A stretch of DNA of 63,621 nucleotides, counting the filler. It is 6 parts of 6 records of this genome, joined end to end, with 100 filler letters (N's around TTAATTAATTAA, not from the genome) between each part and the next. Parts side by side here need not be neighbours in the genome. Positions count along the whole stretch, not along the records: positions 1 to 11,376 come from SRR31156797_8940; 5 more parts are not named here. One strand, given 5' to 3'. Positions 1-8,589 of this stretch are shown here, one piece after another. The position numbers were made by a program, and so were the translations under genes. The notes under the pieces are model-generated. The model was given only the letters and a program-made list of their open reading frames with translations, was not told the DNA's origin and ran no database searches. Each line of letters begins with the position of its first letter. Within the stretch, counting starts at the first letter, position 1.

Positions 1-68
1 GGAAAAATAGCCATTTATGGACAGGCACTACCTATAATTATTAAGAGTGCGCATGGGGTGGAAAAAGT

Positions 69-96
69 TTGACACTCCGAACCTATGTCCTATACT
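69..96 (+). promoter_or_regulatory. sigma70-type promoter for the MetE-like gene
   Basis: TTGACA (69-74) - 16 nt - TATACT (91-96), about 60 nt upstream of the ATG at 159; GAGAGGA RBS precedes the ATG. Confidence 0.7.
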
Positions 97-158
97 GAAT
101 TATTAAGTCCGTGGAACTGACGGCAACAGCTGAATCCGGATTCTGAGAGAGGACAATC

Positions 159-1214
159 ATGAAGGAAATACAGCCCCTCGCTACAACAGGTATTGGCTCG
201 GTCCCATTCGACGATGTCGAAGCGACCATAGATCTGATCGCCCAAAAATGCCCAACAATACCCCATTGGCCGCAAATGGTGCGTCTGGCGGTCCGCGAGG
301 ATATGACGCTCCAGGCCGTGGACGGACTGCCCTGCCTGGAAATGGATGAACAAGAGCACACCATTTCGGTGAACCTGGACAGCAAGGAAGAAATGCTTAC
401 CGCTTTTTACGAGCGGGTGATGGCCGGCGACTACGATTTCTTTGCCGTGCCCGATGAAGCCGGTTCGGCTCTTAAGCCGTTTTTGGAACGCGCAGCAATA
501 GACAAGTCGTTCGGGCCGGATTTCATCAAGGCTCAGATAATCGGGCCTGTCAGTTTCGGGCAATCCATACGCACGCCTGATGATAAAACTATTCTGGACG
601 ACCCCGAATTGGCCGACACCGTGATCAACGGGCTCGGTTGCAAGGGCGCCTGGCTGGCCCGTCAGATCAGAAGTATCGGACGAACTCCGATTGTTTTCTT
701 TGACGAGCCGTCACTGACCGGGTTCGGCTCCGCGTTTTCATCTCTTAATAGAGAGGCCGTCATTCAAATGCTCAATGACGTGGCCGCCTTGGCCCGATCC
801 GAAGGAGAAGTGCTGGTCGGAACGCACATTTGCGGAAATACGGATTGGGGCATGATCACGGAAACGAACATCGATATTATCAACCTGGACGCTTTTAATA
901 ATGCCGAGCATATTCAGCTATATCCAAAGGAAGTTAAATCTTTCCTGGAACGGGGCGGATATATTGCCTGGGGTATAGTGCCCACTTTAAATTTTACCGG
1001 AGAAGAGACAGTCGAACAGATGGCGGGCATTTTAATAAACGCCTGGAAGGCCCTCTCGAACCATGGGATCGACCGTGAACTGATTTACAGTCGCGCTATT
1101 ATTTCTCCGGCTTGCGGCACTGGAACCATTTCTCCGGATCAAGCGGACGCCGTATACAATCTATTGCCGTTGACTGCCGAAAGGATCGGTAACGATTACC
1201 TGGAAATGAAATAA
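159..1214 (+). CDS. core (single-barrel) cobalamin-independent methionine synthase-like protein, MesB-like / URO-D-CIMS family
   Basis: 351 aa; N-terminal TTGIGSVP, FFDEPS, Zn-ligand HxC (GTHICGNTDW), GGYIAWGIVPT and C-terminal SPACG; no N-terminal folate-binding barrel. Confidence 0.75.
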   Translation: MKEIQPLATTGIGSVPFDDVEATIDLIAQKCPTIPHWPQMVRLAVREDMTLQAVDGLPCLEMDEQEHTISVNLDSKEEMLTAFYERVMAGDYDFFAVPDEAGSALKPFLERAAIDKSFGPDFIKAQIIGPVSFGQSIRTPDDKTILDDPELADTVINGLGCKGAWLARQIRSIGRTPIVFFDEPSLTGFGSAFSSLNREAVIQMLNDVAALARSEGEVLVGTHICGNTDWGMITETNIDIINLDAFNNAEHIQLYPKEVKSFLERGGYIAWGIVPTLNFTGEETVEQMAGILINAWKALSNHGIDRELIYSRAIISPACGTGTISPDQADAVYNLLPLTAERIGNDYLEMK

Positions 1215-1254
1215 TTACGGCTGCAGACAAACCGGAAAATCACCATTTTAAATT

Positions 1255-1281
1255 AAAAAATCCCTGCCGTGAGGCGGGGAT
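1255..1281 (-). terminator. probable intrinsic terminator between convergent genes
   Basis: hairpin ATCCCTGCC-GTGA-GGCGGGGAT next to A6, which is a U-run on the minus strand. Confidence 0.5.
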
Positions 1282-1306
1282 CTCAAATTACAGGCAATTA
1301 TTATAT

Positions 1307-1780
1307 TTAAAATGATTGGTTAAAATCCCGGCTTAGCGTCACCATCAACCTCGTGCCCCCGTCATTCCACCCTACGTGGTCGGCAAAGTGCTTCATGATA
1401 AAAACGCCTCGACCGTTGGGCTTGGTCAGGTTTTCAGCTTTTGTAGGGTCAGGGATGCGGGTATAATCAAAACCCTGCCCTTCATCAATTACTTCAATAT
1501 GGCATTCCTGGTCGTAATGCCAACGCACGGTTATCGACTTGGTGAAATCTTCCTTGTTCCCATGCAGCCAGGCGTTGACGATGGCTTCTTCCAAAACAGT
1601 TCTGACCCGCATTTCGCATTCTTCAAACCCGCGTTCGTTCAGTTCGGGTTTGATCATTTTTACCAAATCGGAAATTAAAAAAGATACGTCGCTCTTGTTT
1701 TCGGGCTTCCAGACAATTTTATAATAACCGTCTTCATCATAGGCGGGGATATCGTTCGACTCTTGTCCAGTATTAGACAT
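1307..1780 (-). CDS. RsbW-like anti-sigma factor Ser/Thr kinase (HATPase_c_2)
   Basis: EEAIVNAWLHGN (N box), VIDEGQGFD (G1), GRGVFIM (G2); ATG at 1780 preferred over the track's non-ATG start at 1813. Confidence 0.85.
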   Translation of the reverse strand: MSNTGQESNDIPAYDEDGYYKIVWKPENKSDVSFLISDLVKMIKPELNERGFEECEMRVRTVLEEAIVNAWLHGNKEDFTKSITVRWHYDQECHIEVIDEGQGFDYTRIPDPTKAENLTKPNGRGVFIMKHFADHVGWNDGGTRLMVTLSRDFNQSF

Positions 1781-2065
1781 TTTAGCGGGTAGCGACACGG
1801 CCTTCCTCGTCAAAAAAACAACATTACCGGTTCAATAAGACCTTTGGGTAACAGCATCGCCAACGCTGAATCCAAGCATTAGCGGCTGGAATGTTAATAT
1901 CATGTTACATGTCGTGTCAAGTGATATATCGCATTCAATCAAACAATGTTTTATCCCGGCGGTAATTATACTTGTGACAATGTGAGACAAGCCTTCAAAA
2001 CCAATGCCAAACCGCATATTACACTTTGGACTGTCTTTTGATTTCCTTTACTTGGCGGCGCGTTT

Positions 2066-3334
2066 TTACCATGGAGAGATCAGCCGGTCTTCATTATCAA
2101 AACTCATGGGCGTCTTGGCATCCTTAATTTTGAGTGAGTTTATTTGGCGGGCTTCTTCAAGGAAAGCAGTTGAAATGGACATGATCTCCATGTGGAGAGT
2201 ATTTTTTATGTGGATTACACGGGCCTGTTCAGGCGGCGTCAATCCGATGGTTCTCAGGGCAGTGGCAATCGCTTCCCTGTCAGTATCAAAATATGGAGGT
2301 ATGGCGGCCATGGCCGGTTCGCATGAGCAAAGACAATTTGTATATGTTGTATGGCGGTCGATTTTTTTGATAAGCCGGGTGGTGGTAAAGTCGGCATTTG
2401 CCAATCCCGTGGCCGTACCATGACTTGCCGGCGTGATATCACGGACAAATATCCGACGTATTTTAGGGACGTGCGGGACTGTACCAACTTTAATAGCGGT
2501 TCTGGCGATGATATTTTGATCCATGCCCGTTCCCGAGATATCCTTTCCCATTTCGTCAACGATTAGCAGGTCGATCTTATCAAAGGGCAGCCTTGGAAAC
2601 ACCGACTTTGCCTTGATCAGGAGACGTCGATCCAGAGCGGGAATATCCTCCTTCCAGGCTATGCCGATTTGTTCAGTATTATCCACCTGGTTTTCCACGA
2701 TGCCGACGCCCATGACGACCGGTGCTTTTTCAAGGACGACATCAGCGACCGTAGTGAAGGTCTCGTAATATCCCTGGTCCAGGATGGCGTTATGGTAGGT
2801 TTCAGCCCCGTGTCGCTTGCCAAGTCCGATGGCCGCCATTTTAGTCAACCCGCTTTCAATATCCCCTTCAAAATCCGTGTGGGGTTTAACCCGGTTGACC
2901 AGAATTATGTGATCGGCTTGAAAGGCATTCTTGTCCACGTAAACCGGTACATTGTGGATGGTGTCGCCGATGTTGACAACATCCATACTGGACCGGATGG
3001 GAGCGCCCGTGGTCTCGAAAGTAATATTATAATCCCGCAAGATGGCTTCCTGACCCTCATCCGTGGCGCCGCCGTGGGAACCCATGGCCGGTATGATAAA
3101 CGGTTTTGCCCCGATTTTTATTAATTCCGTCACCAGGATTTTCAGAACAATCGCCAGGTCGGTGATGCCTCTACTACCGGCGGTAATGGCTACGGCCTGA
3201 CCGGGTAGGATGCGCCTGTCGAGTCCCAGGGCCGCAAGTTTATCTTTTAAATCAGAGGCTGCGTCTTTAATCGCATTGTTCTTAAACTCCTGTTTAGCCA
3301 GGACCATTTCCGGAAATTTTATTTTTGTTGTCAT
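2066..3334 (-). CDS. LarA-superfamily (DUF2088 / lactate racemase domain) protein
   Basis: AITAGSRGI, PAMGSHGGAT, NRVKPHTDF, SGLTKMAAIGLGK and GKDISGTGMD motifs; 422 aa; overlaps the upstream gene by 4 nt. Confidence 0.75.
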   Translation of the reverse strand: MTTKIKFPEMVLAKQEFKNNAIKDAASDLKDKLAALGLDRRILPGQAVAITAGSRGITDLAIVLKILVTELIKIGAKPFIIPAMGSHGGATDEGQEAILRDYNITFETTGAPIRSSMDVVNIGDTIHNVPVYVDKNAFQADHIILVNRVKPHTDFEGDIESGLTKMAAIGLGKRHGAETYHNAILDQGYYETFTTVADVVLEKAPVVMGVGIVENQVDNTEQIGIAWKEDIPALDRRLLIKAKSVFPRLPFDKIDLLIVDEMGKDISGTGMDQNIIARTAIKVGTVPHVPKIRRIFVRDITPASHGTATGLANADFTTTRLIKKIDRHTTYTNCLCSCEPAMAAIPPYFDTDREAIATALRTIGLTPPEQARVIHIKNTLHMEIMSISTAFLEEARQINSLKIKDAKTPMSFDNEDRLISPW

Positions 3335-4668
3335 ATCGTTATAGTCTCTTTTGTCTTTTGTGTGAGATGTTGTCCAAAATTTTCATCTGCTTGGCCGGCC
3401 AGCAATTCCATGGGGTGCTTCACCCGGATATCCAGGCCGGCCATACGCAACCCTGTGCTAAGCTGCAGGGTGCATGAGGGGCATGAGGTCGCCACAATCC
3501 CGGCGCCGGTCGCTCTAATGGCTTCCACCTTTCGTTCCATGATTCGGGTGGACATATCCGAATGACGAAAGGCATAGGAACCGGCTCCGCCGCAACAGGA
3601 ATCCGCACCTTCCATCTCAACCAACTCAATCCGCGGAATGCCTGTCAGGATATTCCTGGGAGCGGTTGTCCCACCCAAGCCTCTGACGGCATGACAGGGA
3701 TCATGATAGGTGACCCGGATGGGGGATTTATCTGTATTTAATTGTCTGCTTACGGCGTTCGGCGCCATGTGCGACAACACAAAGGAATTGATGTCCATTA
3801 TTTTGTCAGTGATTTCGGCGAGCGGCTTCTGCACGGGATCCGATGATTTAAAAAAGGATGGATATTCGTTGAGGGTATGGCCGCAGGTGGCGCAGTCGCT
3901 GACGATAAACTCATAATTCCCCGCGGCTAACAACGCTATGTTTTTTCGGGCCAGGTCCCTTGCCCGATCGCCGTCGCCGGCCGCCCAATGGGGACCCCCG
4001 CAGCAATAAACCTCCGGGATCTCCACGGCAAATCCCAGGCTTTCAAGAACCGTTACCGTAGACAGGGCCGCACTCGGCGTGAACAAGTTGGCGCCGCATC
4101 CTAAAAAGTAGCAGATCCGGGGGCGTCCTTCTTGCATCGGGCTTCTGTACGCTTTTCCCAGAACCTGCCGCGCCGGTTTTTCCAGAACTCCAGGCAGAAA
4201 ATTAAATGCCCGGGATAACAGAGAGAATGCGGATTTAGCGGCGTGCTTTGCCACATTACTACGGATATTGGTCCGGTCTAAAAGACGGATAAGGTCGGTG
4301 ATTTTTTCCAGGCGTTGTTGGTGAGAGAGCATGCCCCGATAAATAAGGTTGTGAAAGAGGGTAAATCCCTTTTTCTTAAAGAGTTGCTCGCGGGTCAGGC
4401 GCATGATGGCATCCGTGGGAACCTGGGACGGGCAGTTTTCTACACAGGCTCCGCAGAGCAGGCATTGATCCGCCTGGAGCAATATCACTTTGTCTTCGAC
4501 CTGGTTGCAAAGGCCCTCCTCTTTCATTTGCATCATCCGCACCCGTCCTCTGGCAACATCAAATTCGTTTTTAGATATCTGGTAGGTGGGGCAGACATCC
4601 TGGCAGAAGCCGCATCGGTTGCATTTTAAGATCAGGGCCTTTAGGTCCTTTTTCGTCAATTGGAACAT
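3331..4668 (-). CDS. glcF: GlcF-like Fe-S subunit (two 4Fe-4S motifs + two CCG domains)
   Basis: CNRCGFCQDVCP, CLLCGACVENCP, YFLGC...YCCGG, YHDPCH...SCCGGAG...TSCPSC. Confidence 0.8.
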   Translation of the reverse strand: MFQLTKKDLKALILKCNRCGFCQDVCPTYQISKNEFDVARGRVRMMQMKEEGLCNQVEDKVILLQADQCLLCGACVENCPSQVPTDAIMRLTREQLFKKKGFTLFHNLIYRGMLSHQQRLEKITDLIRLLDRTNIRSNVAKHAAKSAFSLLSRAFNFLPGVLEKPARQVLGKAYRSPMQEGRPRICYFLGCGANLFTPSAALSTVTVLESLGFAVEIPEVYCCGGPHWAAGDGDRARDLARKNIALLAAGNYEFIVSDCATCGHTLNEYPSFFKSSDPVQKPLAEITDKIMDINSFVLSHMAPNAVSRQLNTDKSPIRVTYHDPCHAVRGLGGTTAPRNILTGIPRIELVEMEGADSCCGGAGSYAFRHSDMSTRIMERKVEAIRATGAGIVATSCPSCTLQLSTGLRMAGLDIRVKHPMELLAGQADENFGQHLTQKTKETITI

Positions 4669-7049
4669 CTCAACCTCTCCAGCCTTTTGAAGACCTCGCT
4701 TGTCCGGATCTTCCCGGATTCTTCCACATAAAATTCACCCGCTGCAGCACTCAGGCCGGCCAGGGATGATTCTTTTAAGGCGGCGCGGCTCGGCCCGAAG
4801 ACGCCAAGGTTAGGATATCCAATGTCCACTTCCACCCGGCAGGGGCCGGGATTCTTAAAAGCATGGTCATGCCCGGAAAGAAGTTTGAACATGGGGGATC
4901 GAAGCCCTCTGCCCTGGAGTAGTGAAATTCCATAGCTGTCCCTATCCAGAGCATCCCGTACTAAAAATGCTCCAAGGTCATCAGGGCCAAACACCTGAAG
5001 GCCGGCATTCCTGGAACCCAAAAGTGATAGAATATTTTGTGTGTGGGCGTCCACTGCGGCTGTTGAGCCTGAAAGACCTGTGATCAGCTCCCAGCCCCTC
5101 TCCCTGCCAACAGCCTTGAGGGTGCAAAGGCAAGTGTTGGTTTTCAGTATGCTTTCGGCAGCGGCCAGGCAGTCCTTCAGGGATGAATAGGCCCGGACAA
5201 TGAACTGCTCTTTTTCCGGACAGGGTAGAAGTTTAAGCGTCACCGACTTGATTTCGCCAAAGGCCTTGCCGGATATCCAGAACAACCTTGTAAAGTCAAA
5301 GCCGGCCACATTCTTGGCTGTATGCCCGCCTGAGGAAATTTTTTCACCGGAAGGTATCGTAAATTCAAGACCGTAAATATATTCCTTGAGGCTGCCATAG
5401 GTCATGGCTCCATAACCGTACGCCCCGGTTTCAATCAAATGATCCATGGTAAACTTGCCCTGGGTATATGGGCATAGGGGAAGAAAGGAGTTGATCTCGG
5501 CGGCCTTGTTCCGGACCGCATAAAAAGGAGTCTCTCCCGAAACCTGAATGCTCAGGTTGTCAGGATAGAAGCATAGAATATTACCGTCTGAATCAATATC
5601 AGGGACGGCGCCCGGTTTTTTTTCAGCGATATTGTTGGAAACGTCGCCAGATTCGATTTGCTTGTCGGCGTTCGGGGTGCATTCGGGAAAGATTTTTCCT
5701 GGATTGAGAATGCCTTTGGGGTCCATGATATTTTTTATTTTTGACATATAATCCAGGTCGGCCCGGGAAAACTGCATACCCATATAATCCTTTTTTTCCA
5801 GACCTATGCCGTGTTCACCGGTAATGGTCCCTCCCAGGGCGAGCGCGGCTTTAAATATTTCTTCCGAAGTTTTATGAAGTTTCTCCTGGATGTTTTTCTC
5901 ATCCGGGTAATAGAGCAGGTGAGGGTGGGCATTGCCGTCTCCGGCATGGGCCATTTGGGTGATAATAATATTGTTGTCCTCTCCAATGTCCCGAATTTCG
6001 GCCAGAAGCCGGGTGAGATGATGACGGGGCACAGTGACGTCATGGACCATATAGGCCGGCCGTATCCGGCCCAAGGCGCCGTTCCCCGATCGTCTGGCCT
6101 TCCATAACTTCTCCCGTTCCATATCATCGGCGGCCTGCCTTACATCTCCTGCGCCGTTATTCCTGCAAATTTCCACCATGAGACCCAATTGTCGGTCCAG
6201 GTCGACTTCGTAGCCGTCTACCTCCAAAAGCAGCACCGCTTCCGCGTCCGTTGGAAACCCAACCCCGATATAATCGTCCACGGCACGAAGCATGGCCTGG
6301 TCCATAAGCTCCAATGCTGTGGGTACAATACCCTGTTTTATGATGGCGGAAACGGCGTTGGCCGCATGGTCCAAACCGGGAAAAGCGGCCAGGGCCGTAC
6401 GTACGGCTTCAGCCTTGGGAATGCATCTGACCAGGATTTTTGTCATCAAGGCAAAAGCGCCTTCCGAGCCGTTGAAGATTCCGGTCGTATCAGGTCCCAG
6501 AGTCTCGGCAGCCGATAGCAGGCCCGTTGTGGTTATTGCGCCGTCGCTTAATACAAGTTCCAGGCCCAATACATAATTCTTGGTCACGCCGTATTTTACC
6601 CCTTGGATCCCGCCTGCGCATTCGGCTACATTGCCTCCGATAGTCGCCGCCTTTTGGGAGGCGGGATCCGGTGGAAAGAACAAGCCGTGCGGCGCCAGGG
6701 CTCGCTGAAGATCCAGGTTTACAACACCGGGTTCCACCAGGGCTGTGCGGCTGAGGGGATCAATCTCAAGGACGGAGTTCATCCGGGTTGTCACCAGGCT
6801 GATGCCGCCCGTAACGGGCACGGACCCCCCGCTAATATTAGTGCCGGCGCCCCGGGGGACTACCGGAATCCCTTCCGCAGCCGCCAGCGCCATGACCCGG
6901 GCCGCGTCCTCTGTGGATTCAGGAAAGACAACCAGATCGGGCGCCGAGATAAAGGGAGAAGAGTCATAAGCGTACATTTGGCGCACAGCAGGGGAGATAG
7001 CTACTTTGTCCTTGCCAAGGGCGGTTGTCAATCTGCTTTCGATGCTCAT
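4656..7049 (-). CDS. FAD-linked oxidase, GlcD-like domain fused to a degenerate GlcE-like domain
   Basis: aa 1-~455: PRGAGTNISGG, FPPDPAS, TIGGNVAECAGG, AHAGDGNAHP, TGEHGIG, LNPGK; C-terminal part: SGGHTAKNVAGFDFTRLF, as in GlcE. Confidence 0.8.
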   Translation of the reverse strand: MSIESRLTTALGKDKVAISPAVRQMYAYDSSPFISAPDLVVFPESTEDAARVMALAAAEGIPVVPRGAGTNISGGSVPVTGGISLVTTRMNSVLEIDPLSRTALVEPGVVNLDLQRALAPHGLFFPPDPASQKAATIGGNVAECAGGIQGVKYGVTKNYVLGLELVLSDGAITTTGLLSAAETLGPDTTGIFNGSEGAFALMTKILVRCIPKAEAVRTALAAFPGLDHAANAVSAIIKQGIVPTALELMDQAMLRAVDDYIGVGFPTDAEAVLLLEVDGYEVDLDRQLGLMVEICRNNGAGDVRQAADDMEREKLWKARRSGNGALGRIRPAYMVHDVTVPRHHLTRLLAEIRDIGEDNNIIITQMAHAGDGNAHPHLLYYPDEKNIQEKLHKTSEEIFKAALALGGTITGEHGIGLEKKDYMGMQFSRADLDYMSKIKNIMDPKGILNPGKIFPECTPNADKQIESGDVSNNIAEKKPGAVPDIDSDGNILCFYPDNLSIQVSGETPFYAVRNKAAEINSFLPLCPYTQGKFTMDHLIETGAYGYGAMTYGSLKEYIYGLEFTIPSGEKISSGGHTAKNVAGFDFTRLFWISGKAFGEIKSVTLKLLPCPEKEQFIVRAYSSLKDCLAAAESILKTNTCLCTLKAVGRERGWELITGLSGSTAAVDAHTQNILSLLGSRNAGLQVFGPDDLGAFLVRDALDRDSYGISLLQGRGLRSPMFKLLSGHDHAFKNPGPCRVEVDIGYPNLGVFGPSRAALKESSLAGLSAAAGEFYVEESGKIRTSEVFKRLERLRCSN

Positions 7050-8575
7050 AAAACCGCTCCAATGTGCCAGGGAACAAATTCGTGATTGCCGTACCCGAAG
7101 GCTTCACTCCGGGTTTTTTTACCGGATGCAGTCTCTAAAATGGCGTCATAGATTGCCTGCCCCATTTTCGCGACTTCGACGCCCTCATCGATGATAGGGC
7201 CGCAATTGATATCCATATCGTCTTTCATTCGGTTGTACATGGCGGTATTCGAGGCAAGTTTCAGGCAGGGCGCGGGCTTGAAGCCAACCACGGTTCCGCG
7301 GCCCGTGGTAAAGCTGATCATATTGGCGCCGCCGGCAATCATGCCGGTGATGGAAACTATGTCATAACCAGGGGTGTCCATGAAAACCATACCCCTGCTG
7401 GTGACGGATTCCGCATAACCATAAACATCATTCAAAGGCGCGGCGCCGGCCTTGGCCACTGCGCCCAATGATTTTTCAAGGATGGTGCTCAGCCCACCGT
7501 CTTTATTCCCGGGCGTAGGGTTGTTGTTTATCCTGGCGCCGTGTTTTTCCGTATATTCTTCCCACCATTTGATTTTTTCAACGAGCTTATCAGCCACGTC
7601 GCCGCTGACAGCGCGGCGGATGAGTAAATGCTCGGCCCCATATATTTCCGGTGTTTCAGAAAGGATAACAGTGCCGCCGTTGTGCACCAACAGATCCGCC
7701 GCGGCGCCTAAAGCCGGATTGGCTGTAATTCCGGAATAGGCGTCAGACCCGCCGCATTCAAGGCCGAGGACCAGGTTTTCCACGGAAACCGTCTCCCTCC
7801 CGGCAGCCGTGACCCGGGGGAGCATTTCATGGATCATGGCCATGGCCCTGTCCATGGTTTTCTCCGTTCCGCCGCTTTCCTGAATATCAAGGGTTTTCAA
7901 CAAGGGGCCGGAGACAAGGTTCATATTGGCGAAGAAATCCGAAATCCTGTTGACTTCACAACCCAGGCCCACCACCAGGACGCCCCCGAAATTGGGATGC
8001 CCGGCAAACCCTGCCATGGTCCGCTGGAGAATCTCCAGGCCTTCCCCGCCAATGGTCATGCAGCACCCGGCTCCATGGCCCAGACCGACGATCCCGTCCA
8101 GGGTTTCATACTTCCCGGCCAGTTCTTTATCGGCTTTATCAGCGATAAAGCTTGTGAGACTTGCCGAACAATTTACCGTTGACAGAATCCCGATATAATT
8201 TCGGGTCCCGACGGCGCCGTTTTCCCGTACATAGCCTTCAAAGGTTGACCGGTCCTGACGCTCCGCCGGTGATAAATTTTCCGACGGATTATCACGGGTA
8301 TATTGCTTTGAAACTGTTTTTACATAAAGGTTATGGGAATGAACATGGTCGCCCTTTCGTATGGCTTCAAGAGCATGGCCGATAATATCTCCGTATTTAT
8401 AAACCGGTTCGTCCTTGGCGATATCCTTGACGGCCGTCTTGTGGCCGGCCGGTATAAAAGTATTGCACACAAGGTCATGGGCGGCAATCCGAGTTCCTTG
8501 TTCCAGGGGGCCGCGGGCCATGGCCACATTGTCGTTTGAATTGAGCAGTATAAGTTCCGACATGGTTTCCTTCAT
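7046..8575 (-). CDS. UxaA/GarD-family sugar-acid dehydratase (SAF + GD_AH domains)
   Basis: DNVAMA, IPAGHK, VHSHNL, GTRNYIGILSTVNCS, LECGGSD, NPTPGNKDGGLSTILEKSLG, FTTGRG. Confidence 0.9.
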   Translation of the reverse strand: MKETMSELILLNSNDNVAMARGPLEQGTRIAAHDLVCNTFIPAGHKTAVKDIAKDEPVYKYGDIIGHALEAIRKGDHVHSHNLYVKTVSKQYTRDNPSENLSPAERQDRSTFEGYVRENGAVGTRNYIGILSTVNCSASLTSFIADKADKELAGKYETLDGIVGLGHGAGCCMTIGGEGLEILQRTMAGFAGHPNFGGVLVVGLGCEVNRISDFFANMNLVSGPLLKTLDIQESGGTEKTMDRAMAMIHEMLPRVTAAGRETVSVENLVLGLECGGSDAYSGITANPALGAAADLLVHNGGTVILSETPEIYGAEHLLIRRAVSGDVADKLVEKIKWWEEYTEKHGARINNNPTPGNKDGGLSTILEKSLGAVAKAGAAPLNDVYGYAESVTSRGMVFMDTPGYDIVSITGMIAGGANMISFTTGRGTVVGFKPAPCLKLASNTAMYNRMKDDMDINCGPIIDEGVEVAKMGQAIYDAILETASGKKTRSEAFGYGNHEFVPWHIGAVL

Positions 8576-8589
8576 TTATTCATGGTGAT

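Noticed and set aside
100-150. Possible SAM-I riboswitch before the MetE-like gene (TTATTAAG..GGCAAC..CTGAGAGA)
   Set aside because: Too short, and it lacks the P2 kink-turn/pseudoknot and P4 elements
7046-8575. UxaA-family gene as sulfolactate sulfo-lyase SuyAB
   Set aside because: It is a single fused SAF+catalytic protein with the RNYIGILSTVNCS motif, which I associate with sugar-acid dehydratases; not excluded without a phylogeny
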